This document shows positions 45,595 through 55,810 of a stretch of DNA of 60,914 nt, piece by piece. Every line of letters begins with the position of its first letter. Within the stretch, counting starts at the first letter, position 1. The DNA lies in NCBI GenBank assembly GCA_043719675.1, contig JAYSTO010000016.1, positions 1 through 60,914 of the forward strand. The letters are read 5' to 3'. The DNA comes from Gammaproteobacteria bacterium (GTDB lineage Bacteria; Pseudomonadota; Gammaproteobacteria; UBA6429; Thiohalophilaceae). The translations under genes were made by a program, and so were the position numbers. Under the pieces are notes generated by a model. It was not told the origin of the DNA, ran no database searches, and saw only the letters and a list, made by a program, of their open reading frames with translations.

Positions 45595-46776
45595 TTAGTG
45601 GAAATACAAGTTAATCTGTTCGATTTGGTCAAACTGCGCCGCAATTTGTGTGAACTGCCGCGCGATCTTTACCTGTGTCGCACACGGCTCATTCTCTAAC
45701 AGCTGCAGCGGTAATACCAGATCTACACGTATCTTTCCGGCCAAATAATGCAGGGTAATCTGATCCTCGCGGATGTCCCTGGCTACCACCAGCCCTGCCC
45801 AGGCCTGTTTGAGTCGAGGCAGGATATCGTGGCGTAAGGGCAGCTTGGCGCTGGGGGCCTCCAGCTCGTCATTTTCCGGGTCGATGTGTACCATGACATC
45901 CGCCACCTCGTCGATCTCGTCGATCACATGCTGGCGCACGGTTTCACTGATGTGGTGACCCTCTGAGACACTGATACGGGAATCGACCTGGATATGGACA
46001 TCCACCAACGCCTTGCCGCCCATACAGCGGGTACGCAGCACGTGCAGCGCCTTGACGTCCGGCACATCGGTAATCGCCTTTTTGATTCGGCCTATTTGCT
46101 CTGTGTGTAACCCGGTATCCACTAACTCACGCAGCGATACCCAGGCCAGCTCCACACCTACCTTAGTTATCATCAAACCGACAATGATGGCCGCCACCGA
46201 ATCCAGGTACATCACACCCAGCAGGGTACCGCCAATACCTGCCGCAACAACCAGGGAAGAAAGTGCATCAGAACGGTGATGCCAGGCATTACCGCGCAGC
46301 ATGTTTGAGTTGTATTTGTCGGCAGTACTCATTGTGTAACGATACAGCCACTCTTTCACTGCGAGGGTCAATATTGCAGTTACTAATGTCAGCACCGACG
46401 GCACCACAAACGCCTCGCCACTGTACAATTTAATGACCGCACGAATCGCAATACCCACGCCCACGGCCAACAGCATGATTCCCAGGATCATGCTGACTGC
46501 GGTTTCTATCCGTTCGTGACCATAGGGATGTTCAGCATCAGCGTCCTTATGGCCGTGTTGCAGGGCAAACAACACCATAAAATCGGTGAGCAAATCCGAC
46601 AGTGTATGTAACCCGTCGGCGACCAGGGCTTGTGAGTGGCCAATAATCCCAATGCTCACCTGAGCAAGGGTTAACAACAAATTTAAAATGATACTCACCA
46701 CCGTTACCCGTCGGCTCGCGCGCAGGCGATCCGGGGAGGAGTGATCAAAATAGGTATGGTTGTGTTCGTTGCTCAT
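45595..46776 (-). CDS. cation diffusion facilitator (CDF) transporter with extended C-terminus
   Basis: 393 aa with six TM helices and the HxxxD-type sites (ADGLHTLSD, HHRSDALSS). A CDF cytoplasmic domain is followed by ~90 extra residues. Confidence 0.8.
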   Translation of the reverse strand: MSNEHNHTYFDHSSPDRLRASRRVTVVSIILNLLLTLAQVSIGIIGHSQALVADGLHTLSDLLTDFMVLFALQHGHKDADAEHPYGHERIETAVSMILGIMLLAVGVGIAIRAVIKLYSGEAFVVPSVLTLVTAILTLAVKEWLYRYTMSTADKYNSNMLRGNAWHHRSDALSSLVVAAGIGGTLLGVMYLDSVAAIIVGLMITKVGVELAWVSLRELVDTGLHTEQIGRIKKAITDVPDVKALHVLRTRCMGGKALVDVHIQVDSRISVSEGHHISETVRQHVIDEIDEVADVMVHIDPENDELEAPSAKLPLRHDILPRLKQAWAGLVVARDIREDQITLHYLAGKIRVDLVLPLQLLENEPCATQVKIARQFTQIAAQFDQIEQINLYFH

Positions 46777-46833
46777 TCAATGCAGTACCGGATGGCTAGT
46801 TGCGAGGAAAATCAAAATAGGCCGAAGTATAGC

Positions 46834-47076
46834 CTAACTCACCGGTCCCAACTCAATCACAATCCAGACTTCACCCTGGTCTTGCGCAGTACTCATTACC
46901 TTGTGACCGTTGATGCGGCACCAGGCAGGAATGTCATAAAGTGCGCCTGGATCAGTACAAATGACCTCCAACTGATCACCAGGCTGCATTTGTTTTGCCT
47001 TATCCTGGGTACGAATCACGGGCATCGGGCACAGTAACCGCCGCGCATCCAACTGTTGTCGGTTCAAATATACCAT
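46834..47076 (-). CDS. TusA-family sulfur carrier protein
   Basis: 80 aa carrying LDARRLLCPMPVIRT, the TusA/SirA Cys-Pro-x-Pro motif. It overlaps the upstream PP-loop gene by 13 nt. Confidence 0.85.
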   Translation of the reverse strand: MVYLNRQQLDARRLLCPMPVIRTQDKAKQMQPGDQLEVICTDPGALYDIPAWCRINGHKVMSTAQDQGEVWIVIELGPVS

Positions 47077-48107
47077 TCCTGGGGAATCTGTTCCGCCATC
47101 ATGGGTGCAACCTGTAATTGGGTGAGACTACCATCTCGCCGCACCGCATCAATGTTGACCATGGGTGCATCACGCCCCTGACCAAAACGCGCGGCAATCT
47201 GTGCTGCAAGCCTAAGGTCGCCCTCATCAAGAACCCCATCAATTAACACCAGCGGACCCATATGGCTCATCGTGCGTAAATGTATAAACTGTTTGCGATA
47301 ACCTTCAAGAAAATTGTTTTCCCCTTCTTCACGGCCAATGATCATCTTGAAGTGTGGCCGTGGTCGCACGTGCCGACCGATCTTGAGTAACATAATGTCA
47401 TCCAGCTCGTAGGTTCGATCACCACGTGACTGCCACATATCTTTAAGTTTTCTGGAATACGACTCATCCGTGAGAAAGCAGCAACCCCCGGCAGGCGTGG
47501 CATAATCACTGAACCCGTATTGCGCCGCCAGCGCCTTCTGTGGTTTGCGGGATCGACCGCTAAAATTCAGTAATTTCTCACGATCCACCCAGCCTTCGCG
47601 TTCTGGTTTGGTCGGCGGTAAGTGTTTGGCGCATAACGGCCGCAATAATAAATCACCGGCGCCGGATTCTTTTTGCACAACCGGCATGGTGTCGGCGCGT
47701 TGTGACATCGGCCGCTGACCAATCACCTCGCCGGTGATGATGAAATCAAACTGATGTTCGCGCATCCAGTCCAATGCACGATTCACCATGAAACACTTAC
47801 AATCCAGGCAGGGATTCATGTTTGCGCCATAACCGTGTTTGGGGTTGAGCACGACCGCCTTGTACGGCTCAATCACATCAATGATGTGTAACTTGATCCC
47901 AAGCTGTTCGGCAACCCAGAGTGCATTATTACGTTTGGGCTTATCCTGCGATCGCTTACGGATTGCGTGGGTATGGCCTTCGACACAAAAACCGGTAAAA
48001 AAATTGATCCCCTCGACATGGACGCCCTGATCGAGTACCGCCTTAACGGCCAGCATTGAATCCAGCCCACCGGAGATTAAAGCGACGGCTTTTCGTTGTG
48101 TTTGCAT
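47064..48107 (-). CDS. PP-loop ATP pyrophosphatase of the ThiI/MnmA-like thiolation superfamily, no THUMP or obvious RNA-binding domain
   Basis: 347 aa with the PP-loop ALISGGLDSMLA and Cys clusters (FTGFCVEGH, CLDCKC, GGCCFLTDE). The ~150-aa C-terminal region was not recognised. Confidence 0.65.
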   Translation of the reverse strand: MQTQRKAVALISGGLDSMLAVKAVLDQGVHVEGINFFTGFCVEGHTHAIRKRSQDKPKRNNALWVAEQLGIKLHIIDVIEPYKAVVLNPKHGYGANMNPCLDCKCFMVNRALDWMREHQFDFIITGEVIGQRPMSQRADTMPVVQKESGAGDLLLRPLCAKHLPPTKPEREGWVDREKLLNFSGRSRKPQKALAAQYGFSDYATPAGGCCFLTDESYSRKLKDMWQSRGDRTYELDDIMLLKIGRHVRPRPHFKMIIGREEGENNFLEGYRKQFIHLRTMSHMGPLVLIDGVLDEGDLRLAAQIAARFGQGRDAPMVNIDAVRRDGSLTQLQVAPMMAEQIPQEWYI

Positions 48108-48286
48108 AGGATCTTCGTCACAGATTAAAGATGAATAAGTATTCGCTCATGGCTTTGAAACTTACCACAAACGGGTTATATTAAACCGAATGTTAAACAC
48201 TATAGCCATATACAATAAGAGTATAGATTGTAAACACTTGCGAATGCGCCATAATTATCGCGCCACAAAAAATACAGAGCTATCTT

Positions 48287-49369
48287 GTGACTTCGATTCC
48301 ACCACTAAACCCTGATTTAACCCTGCCATTACTCCAAAAATACGGCTTTGATCAGGCCGCGCGCCAGCAACTTCTGCTTAACATGGGGCTCACCGACGCC
48401 GATCTGGCCAGCACCCGGCACCTGCAAGAACAAGTGATTGCACCGAATGTTGCGCGGATTATTGATGAGTTTTATGTTTACTTGATGCAATTACCCAGCA
48501 TGCGGCATTTTTTACCCGAACACCTCTCGCGACTCAAACGTACCCAAGCGGAATACCTGCTCACCTTTGGTATCGACTTTAACACGCCCGATTATTTTGA
48601 ATATCGATTGCGGATTGGCATTGCACATGAACGAGTCGGCTTGACACTGGATCTCTATCAAGCGGCTTACCGGTATATGACCTCACTGATCATCCGCTGC
48701 ATCCCGGATATCGTCCGCACCAATGCACATATCTGTGAACCTCTCGTTAACCTCATTCTTAAGGTCGCCGCACTGGATATGTCATTAGCAATTCACACTT
48801 ACTACTTTGCCAGCATCAATAGCCTGAAGGAATCGATTCAACAGTTGACCGATCAGCAAGAGGAATTAACTGTCGAGATTCAATACGACGTCCTGACCAG
48901 CATTTATAGTCGGCGTTATTTGCTGGATCAGCTCACGCACATGGTAGACACAAAAAATCGGCGGGGTGATCAACAGTTTTGTATCGCGATGATCGACCTG
49001 GATCATTTTAAAAAGGTGAACGATACCTACGGCCATCTGGTCGGTGACCAGGTTTTACAACAGACGAGTGCAATAATGAGAAAGGCCATTCGCGGCATGG
49101 ATATGCTTGGCCGTTATGGTGGCGAAGAATTCATGGTTATTTTTGCGGGTGCAACGATGGACGTCGCCCAACAGGTAGCGGAGCGTATGCGCAGCCAGAT
49201 TGCCAACTCTGAGCTAAAAGTAACGAATCATAAAGTTCATGTCACCATCAGCATTGGCATTACCGAGTATCGCGTGGGCGATGGCACCGCATCCCTGATT
49301 CAACGTGCCGATACTGCACTTTACGAGGCAAAACGATCCGGCCGCAATAAAATCAAAGTCCACGACTAA
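48287..49369 (+). CDS. globin-coupled-sensor diguanylate cyclase
   Basis: 360 aa with a GTG start. The N-terminal sensor-globin (protoglobin) pattern includes ...ARIIDEFYVYL... and RLRIGIAHERVGL (proximal His context). The C-terminal GGDEF domain has RYGGEEF. Confidence 0.75.
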   Translation: MTSIPPLNPDLTLPLLQKYGFDQAARQQLLLNMGLTDADLASTRHLQEQVIAPNVARIIDEFYVYLMQLPSMRHFLPEHLSRLKRTQAEYLLTFGIDFNTPDYFEYRLRIGIAHERVGLTLDLYQAAYRYMTSLIIRCIPDIVRTNAHICEPLVNLILKVAALDMSLAIHTYYFASINSLKESIQQLTDQQEELTVEIQYDVLTSIYSRRYLLDQLTHMVDTKNRRGDQQFCIAMIDLDHFKKVNDTYGHLVGDQVLQQTSAIMRKAIRGMDMLGRYGGEEFMVIFAGATMDVAQQVAERMRSQIANSELKVTNHKVHVTISIGITEYRVGDGTASLIQRADTALYEAKRSGRNKIKVHD

Positions 49370-49389
49370 CCCATTTATAACCCCCTTTG

Positions 49390-49659
49390 TCAAAGGGCAG
49401 GTAGCATGTGCAGCGCAGCGTCAGCGTTACCCGGTGGCAACTGCAAATAATAGCCCTGCGCGATTAATTGTTGCATCACCACAATCACATCCGCGCCAAT
49501 CAGCTTGCGCCGTGGGGATAACTCCAGCTGTAGGACCGGCTTAAGCGAGCCCAGTCTATCCAGCAAGGTTGTCGGCACGCGATCAAAATTATCCGCCTGT
49601 TCGATGTATAAATACGTATCCGCCTTGCGTTCTGATTTGTATATCACGCATTGCATCAT
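49390..49659 (-). CDS. ycgL: YcgL-domain protein
   Basis: Trimmed to [29 protein letters not shown]...QGYYLQLPP, which is close to the E. coli YcgL pattern. Confidence 0.8.
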   Translation of the reverse strand: MMQCVIYKSERKADTYLYIEQADNFDRVPTTLLDRLGSLKPVLQLELSPRRKLIGADVIVVMQQLIAQGYYLQLPPGNADAALHMLPAL

Positions 49660-49754
49660 CGGGTTCCTTGCGATTACCAAACAAATTAATATATTTATAT
49701 GCGGATTTAGTACAAAATATTCGCACTCATTTCCAACGGAATCCCATCACTACT

Positions 49755-51263
49755 ATGTCAATCAATACCATTTTTCTGGGCAAGGGCGAAGACTCCATTG
49801 AATTACAGGCACGTTACGCCAACCGCCACGGCCTGATCGCGGGTGCCACTGGCAGCGGCAAGACCGTCACCTTGCAGGTGTTGGCCGAAGGCTTTTCCCG
49901 TATCGGTGTGCCGGTGTTCATGGCCGATGTCAAAGGCGACCTCAGTGGTATCGCCCAACCCGGCACTGCCAACCCGAAATTACTGCAACGTGCCCAAGAA
50001 ATTGGCCTGGCGAATTACGGCGCCGAAACCTTCCCTGTCACGTTTTGGGATGTATTCGGTCAGCAGGGTCACCCGGTACGCGCAACGCTTTCCGACATGG
50101 GGCCAGTGTTATTATCGCGCATGTTGCAGTTAACCGATACCCAGGAAGGCGTACTCAACATCGCCTTCAAGGTTGCCGATGATCAAGGCTGGCTGTTGTT
50201 GGACTTCAAAGACCTGCGTGCGATGATGAGTTATCTGGGCGACAACGCCGCGACACTGAAAACAGACTACGGCAACATCTCCAGCAGTACGATCGGCACG
50301 ATTCAGCGTAACCTGCTAGTACTGGAACAGCAAGGTGCGGAAAAATTCTTTGGTGAACCGGCATTGCAGTTGTCCGATCTGATGCGCACCGACGCCACCG
50401 GCCGCGGCATGATCAATGTGCTCGCGGCCGATCAATTAATGCAATTCCCCAAACTCTACACCACCTTCTTATTGTGGTTGTTGTCAGAGTTATTTGAAGA
50501 GTTGCCCGAAGTCGGCGATCAAGATAAACCACGTCTGGTATTTTTCTTTGATGAGGCACACCTGCTGTTTAGTGACGCGCCCAAGGCGTTAATGGAAAAG
50601 GTCGAACAGGTCGTGCGGCTAATCCGCTCCAAAGGGATTGGTATCTATTTTATTTCGCAAAACCCCTTGGATATTCCCGAGACGATCTTAGGTCAATTGG
50701 GCAATCGAGTGCAGCACGTGTTACGCGCCTTTACGCCACGCGATCAGAAAGCCGTGCGCACTGCGGCCGACACCTTTCGTCCAAATCCCAAACTCAACAC
50801 AGCGGAGGCTATTACTGCGTTGGGTATCGGCGAGGCATTGGTGTCGCTACTGGATGACAAAGGCGTACCCACCCCGGTGCAGCGTGTAAAGATCCGTCCA
50901 CCCGGCTCACGCCTTGGCCCGGTAACCAAGGAGGAACGTCAAGCCCAGATCAGCAATAGCTCGGTCGGCGCTTATTATTCACAAATCATCGACCGTGAAT
51001 CGGCGTATGAAAAGATACGTGGTCGCACAGAACCGACACCCACACCTCGCGATAACAGCACCCATCGTGAAGACTCGCGCCGGAACTCGTTACCCGCCGA
51101 TAACTACACAGCACCCACGCGTAGCAAACCCGCGGGCCGCCAACCCCAAACCCTCATGGAAACCATGACCAAGACCATGGTCCGCAGTGTCAGCAGCAGC
51201 ATCGGCAGCGCCATCGGTCGCAAGATCGTCCGTGGCATTCTTGGCTCGATATTAAAAGGTTAA
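49755..51263 (+). CDS. HerA-like P-loop ATPase of the YjgR/DUF853 family
   Basis: The ORF 49569-51263 was trimmed to the ATG at 49755 ([14 protein letters not shown]...). It has Walker A GATGSGKT, Walker [10 protein letters not shown], a disordered basic tail and a C-terminal amphipathic end. Confidence 0.8.
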   Translation: MSINTIFLGKGEDSIELQARYANRHGLIAGATGSGKTVTLQVLAEGFSRIGVPVFMADVKGDLSGIAQPGTANPKLLQRAQEIGLANYGAETFPVTFWDVFGQQGHPVRATLSDMGPVLLSRMLQLTDTQEGVLNIAFKVADDQGWLLLDFKDLRAMMSYLGDNAATLKTDYGNISSSTIGTIQRNLLVLEQQGAEKFFGEPALQLSDLMRTDATGRGMINVLAADQLMQFPKLYTTFLLWLLSELFEELPEVGDQDKPRLVFFFDEAHLLFSDAPKALMEKVEQVVRLIRSKGIGIYFISQNPLDIPETILGQLGNRVQHVLRAFTPRDQKAVRTAADTFRPNPKLNTAEAITALGIGEALVSLLDDKGVPTPVQRVKIRPPGSRLGPVTKEERQAQISNSSVGAYYSQIIDRESAYEKIRGRTEPTPTPRDNSTHREDSRRNSLPADNYTAPTRSKPAGRQPQTLMETMTKTMVRSVSSSIGSAIGRKIVRGILGSILKG

Positions 51264-51279
51264 GCACATCGCCGGCACT

Positions 51280-53511
51280 TTACGGACACATGCTGATACT
51301 GTTAATCCAGTCCGCGATCAGGGTTGTGGCAACGGTGTCTTCTATTATTGAACCCAACGGTGGCATGCGTGACACACCTGTGTCGTGCATGCGCTGGTAC
51401 AAGATCGAATCTACAACATTACCGGGTGTTAACAAATGCGTCGCGCCCAGCACATTACCCGCCGTGGGTAATGTATTACAGACATTTGTTTCGGCAAATG
51501 TACGGCTATAACGGACATCCATCGGCCCACGTCCCGGGCCATTGGGTTGATGACAGTTACTGCAATTGGCATGTAAATACGCGCGTGCACGATCCGTCAC
51601 ATTCAATGCGGTATCTTCATAATTAACCAGCTTAGGCAAGGTCGCGACATTCGGCAGAGGGGCGCTAAAAACATTGTTGCCTTGTAAATAGGTCAGTTGA
51701 TTGATGTTGCCGCCGTTAACGGGATCAGTGATGTCGCGATTCAATTGCGCGGTTTCCGGACCCAAGACGTGACCTGCCGCTATCGTATGACACCCCAAAC
51801 ATTGCGACGGACTCGGATATAACCAGGTTTGGTTATTGATCGTGACTTGTTTATTGGTGTCGAGCAAGGTTGCGTCGGTCTGATTGGCATTCCACTCGTA
51901 ACTGTAACCTGCCCATTCCCCATCGGTATGTCGCGCAAACAAACGGGTTTCAACAATCTGTGTTCCCAGATAAAAATCCTTGCGCAAGACACTGCCGATG
52001 GGAAAGGTCCAGTCATGATTGGCTTCGACCTGAATCCGGCTGGTACTCGGTATCGCAAACCAACGCTTTTTTATGGCACCGTCCGACCACAGCGCGGTGT
52101 TGAGTTCATAGGCATTCATGCCAGTCACCGGCAACTTAGGATCCGCAGCACTGGCGCAACCGGTTTGTGATAACGCGCGCGGGAAGGCCGGTGTGGGCGG
52201 TGTATTACTGCCGGGAATTAGTTTATCAATTCTTCCGGTACCAATATTGATCAGATACAACTCCCCCGCTGCATCTTCAGCAAGCGAGACGATGCCCGGT
52301 GATCCACTTAACAGCGTTCGCCGAACGGGACTTGTATAGGGTGTACTGACCGCCCAGGTCGCCCCCGATCCATAATCACTAAAAATATATTGTCCGGTTA
52401 ACGCAGGCATCGCCGTGCCACGATAGATATAACCGCCGGTAATGGTGGTACCTTCATTCCGATCGTATTGTAAAACCGGCGCGATATGCACCAAGTTCGC
52501 TGGGCATGATGCAATGCCGGGATAGTCGACATTACGCCGCGTCCCTTCATAACAACCCCAGCCGTAATTTTTGCCTGAAGTAATAATATCTACTTCTTCA
52601 AAGGCACCCTGACCGACATCGCCCGCCCACAGTGCGCCGGTTTGTCGATCAAAACTTAACCGCCACGGATTGCGCATGCCCCAGGCAAAAATTTCAGGGC
52701 AACCTGCTCCCGCACAGCGCGAGGTAGTAGCAAAGGGACTGCCTAACGAGACGCTAGCGACGAAAGGATTCGATGCAGGAATACTGTATTTCGGATTGCG
52801 GGTAGGCACGATGTTGGACACATCAATCCGCAAAATCTTGCCCAATAACACTGCGGTGTTTTGTCCATTTTGTTCGCCGTCATTCGAGCCACCGCCATCA
52901 CCAAAGGCGATATACAGAAAACCGTCGTTACCGAAAGCAATCGGTCCACCATTATGATTATTATGCGGCTGATCCACTTCTAAAAGGATCAATGCAGAGC
53001 TGGGTTCCAACGCCGTGCCCGCAGCATTGACTTTATAGCGCGCTATCGTCGATACCAATTTCGCACCGGTACGCGCAAGCCCGGTATACGACAAGTAAAC
53101 AAAACCATTGCTGGTATATTGCGGATCAAACGCCATCCCTAGCAGGCCACCTTCACCATCCATCGACACCATTGTAGTGATATCAATAAAAGTTGTTGTG
53201 GTGGTTGTGCTTGTTGAATTCTCGACGGCCTTCACTACCCCCGGCAGTTCAACTACATAAACACGATTACCGGTAGGCGCCGGGATCATCGCCACCGGTA
53301 AATTGAATGTCAAACTGGGGAAGGCATTCATTAACGCCACCGATCCACTGTTGGTGCGCGCACCGGCGACACAATTGGTTGGTATGGGGGTTGGACCTGG
53401 TGTGGGCGTTGGCGTCGGTGTTGCGCCGCCGCTGGGTGGCGCTTCGGATCCACCACACGCCGTCAGAACCAGACTAAAAATAAGAACCCACGCATTGATT
53501 ACACGCATCAC
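51280..53511 (-). CDS. lipoprotein: PQQ-dependent sugar dehydrogenase-like beta-propeller fused to a C-terminal domain with two CxxCH haem-binding motifs
   Basis: 743 aa with lipobox LTAC and a (PT)n linker. The propeller segments are ...DQPHNNHNGGPIAFGNDGFLY... and GMRNPWRLSFD. The C-terminal part has QCLGCH and NCSNCH. Confidence 0.7.
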   Translation of the reverse strand: MMRVINAWVLIFSLVLTACGGSEAPPSGGATPTPTPTPGPTPIPTNCVAGARTNSGSVALMNAFPSLTFNLPVAMIPAPTGNRVYVVELPGVVKAVENSTSTTTTTTFIDITTMVSMDGEGGLLGMAFDPQYTSNGFVYLSYTGLARTGAKLVSTIARYKVNAAGTALEPSSALILLEVDQPHNNHNGGPIAFGNDGFLYIAFGDGGGSNDGEQNGQNTAVLLGKILRIDVSNIVPTRNPKYSIPASNPFVASVSLGSPFATTSRCAGAGCPEIFAWGMRNPWRLSFDRQTGALWAGDVGQGAFEEVDIITSGKNYGWGCYEGTRRNVDYPGIASCPANLVHIAPVLQYDRNEGTTITGGYIYRGTAMPALTGQYIFSDYGSGATWAVSTPYTSPVRRTLLSGSPGIVSLAEDAAGELYLINIGTGRIDKLIPGSNTPPTPAFPRALSQTGCASAADPKLPVTGMNAYELNTALWSDGAIKKRWFAIPSTSRIQVEANHDWTFPIGSVLRKDFYLGTQIVETRLFARHTDGEWAGYSYEWNANQTDATLLDTNKQVTINNQTWLYPSPSQCLGCHTIAAGHVLGPETAQLNRDITDPVNGGNINQLTYLQGNNVFSAPLPNVATLPKLVNYEDTALNVTDRARAYLHANCSNCHQPNGPGRGPMDVRYSRTFAETNVCNTLPTAGNVLGATHLLTPGNVVDSILYQRMHDTGVSRMPPLGSIIEDTVATTLIADWINSISMCP

Positions 53512-53663
53512 ACACCCCTGTATAACTTTATAAAAATATGGTATTGATTATAAGCCTGATACTCACTCCAGACCATCGATTGCGTCTATCTACGCAGATC
53601 TATCGATTAAAACAAAATTATGCCTAATATGGTTACATCATCAGGACAGAAGCACGATCACAA

Positions 53664-54833
53664 CTAACTACGCCGTAATTTCGGGTTGATTGCAATCGGG
53701 GTTGGATAACACAGTACGATCCAATACGTCGAGAAGACAAAGCTCAGCAGCGTCGTTACCTGGATTAAATACGATGTCTGCTGACCAATCACCCCCATTT
53801 GCACCGCCAATACCGCAATCAAAAACGCAAACTCACTGCCTTGCCCCAACCGTACGCCAACTTCACCGGCGCGTTCGCGTGTCTCACCAGAATGGGTCAA
53901 CAGCCGACGGAACACAATAGGCTTAACGACAAGAATGATCACCGCTAACACGATAGCTGGTACGATGACATCACCCAATAAGGCGACGTCCAGACTTGCG
54001 CCCATCGCAAAAAAGAAAATAATCAAGAAAAAATCCCGCAGTGGCTTGAGGCTCTCGGCAATAAACAAGGCTATGCTGTTGGTGGCGATCGCAATGCCTG
54101 CGATGAACGCACCAATCTCATGTGATAGGCCGACATACTTGGCCAGTTCCGCCACACCCAGGCACCAGCCTATGGCCAGCAAAAAAATGTATTCTTGGAT
54201 CTTATCAAAACGCCGAATCAATTTAATCAGGATGAATCGCTCCACGGCATAGGCAAAGATACTTACACCGATGAATGCGGCTGCCAGCAAGGCAATTTCA
54301 ATCAGTAATGTATGCTCACCACCTTTGGCTTGGAGGCCAACCAGTAAAAAAATCGCAATCACATCTTGCAATAACAAGATACTGATCATGATCTCACCCG
54401 TACGTTGATGATGTAGCACCGTGGTCGGCAATAATTTTAAGCCAATGATGGTGCTGGAAAACATCAAGGTTGCGCCGACCACGCCTGCCTCAAGCCAGCC
54501 AAAACCAAATAGTCGCAGCACCGTGATACCTATCACGGCAAAGCAAATAGAACTGGCGATCGTGACCAGGGTTACTTCGCGTAACAGTTTCCAAAGTTTC
54601 TGCGGATGCATATTCAAACCGAGCAAAAATAACAAGAACATGATGCCTACATCCGCGACATTCTGGACAAGCCGCGCATCATCCACCCAGCCGAGGAACG
54701 ACGGTCCAAATAATACACCTAATAATATATATGCCACGATCAAGGCTTGTCGGGCATACAACGCAATGGTTGCCGCCACCGCCGCGCCGGCAAAGATTAA
54801 AAAGATCGTGAACAGTAGTGGTTGACCGGACAT
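53664..54833 (-). CDS. cation:proton antiporter (CPA2/Kef-type membrane domain only)
   Basis: 389 aa with ~12 TM helices and Na+/H+ exchanger family segments (GPSFLG, HEIGAFIAG). No KTN/RCK domain is present. Confidence 0.8.
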   Translation of the reverse strand: MSGQPLLFTIFLIFAGAAVAATIALYARQALIVAYILLGVLFGPSFLGWVDDARLVQNVADVGIMFLLFLLGLNMHPQKLWKLLREVTLVTIASSICFAVIGITVLRLFGFGWLEAGVVGATLMFSSTIIGLKLLPTTVLHHQRTGEIMISILLLQDVIAIFLLVGLQAKGGEHTLLIEIALLAAAFIGVSIFAYAVERFILIKLIRRFDKIQEYIFLLAIGWCLGVAELAKYVGLSHEIGAFIAGIAIATNSIALFIAESLKPLRDFFLIIFFFAMGASLDVALLGDVIVPAIVLAVIILVVKPIVFRRLLTHSGETRERAGEVGVRLGQGSEFAFLIAVLAVQMGVIGQQTSYLIQVTTLLSFVFSTYWIVLCYPTPIAINPKLRRS

Positions 54834-54910
54834 GACGACTCCCGTAAGTAATTGTTAATGCCCCGCTCCTCGGTAACCATACCGCATGGACTGCGTGCGG
54901 CCCGTAATAC

Positions 54911-55435
54911 TTATGGATTCGGATACAGCCGCAATGTGAGCGTATCGCCACGCTGGGTAAATTCAAGCTGTTTTAAAAAACTCATGCCAAGCAATATTTC
55001 GTCGTGATCAACGTTCGGATTGATCGACGCACGAATATCCCGGATGACAATCTCACCGACACGCACTTCCGCCAGACGTGTCGCATACCCCGTTGCATAA
55101 CCGTTGGCAGTACTGAAGGTAATTTCTTCGCCCTGTTGCAAACCGATTTTCCGGGCGATATGCGCAGGCACCGACACGTCGGTCGCACCGGTATCAATCA
55201 TAAACTGCACCGCGTGCTGGTTAATTTCCCCTGTCACAACATAATGACCGTAACGATTGCGTTCCAGCGCAACCTCGGTTTCGCCATTTTTGCCGACCTG
55301 GGTATTCACACGCTGATTGGGATTCTGCGCACGATCAAACCAATGACCAAATACCATGGACAATAACGCGATCAGCACTACCCACATGAGTACGAACATG
55401 GTCATGCCATAGCGTTTATTTTGTTGTTCTGACAT
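54911..55435 (-). CDS. membrane-anchored retropepsin-like (clan AA) aspartic protease
   Basis: Trimmed to the ATG at 55435. It has one TM helix, then the catalytic-motif segment FMIDTGATDVSV and a C-terminal LLGMSFL. Confidence 0.8.
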   Translation of the reverse strand: MSEQQNKRYGMTMFVLMWVVLIALLSMVFGHWFDRAQNPNQRVNTQVGKNGETEVALERNRYGHYVVTGEINQHAVQFMIDTGATDVSVPAHIARKIGLQQGEEITFSTANGYATGYATRLAEVRVGEIVIRDIRASINPNVDHDEILLGMSFLKQLEFTQRGDTLTLRLYPNP

Positions 55436-55810
55436 GGACACCCCTTTGGATAATGGTTCTGGGTAATTCACAGCAAACAGCCTGTTACGTTACACTAACA
55501 TGTGGGTAGGTATATTGGAACACGGAAGGTATTTTCTGGAAAAAGGCCGTGAAATTCCCTATACAGCGATAGCCTGTGTACGTATGCTTCGTTGTACAAT
55601 ACGCATTATTTATGCAGCCAGACGAACAAACTTTCTCAAGCGTGGTTCACGCGATGGTTTTTTTGCTTTGAACCCGTTACGCAACAGCTTCATATTAACG
55701 GCACTGTGCTGGCTTGCCCCACTGAAATCAGTGTGGCCAAGGGGGTCGCGGGTGTTGTTACTTATCGTTTTGCCACAAGACCGGGCATTTACAATTAATA
55801 ACAGCGGTTT

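Noticed and set aside
53380-53440. Short GT/GC-rich tandem-looking repeats
   Set aside because: They simply encode the (Pro-Thr)n linker of the PQQ-propeller lipoprotein. This is low-complexity coding sequence, not a DNA repeat element.
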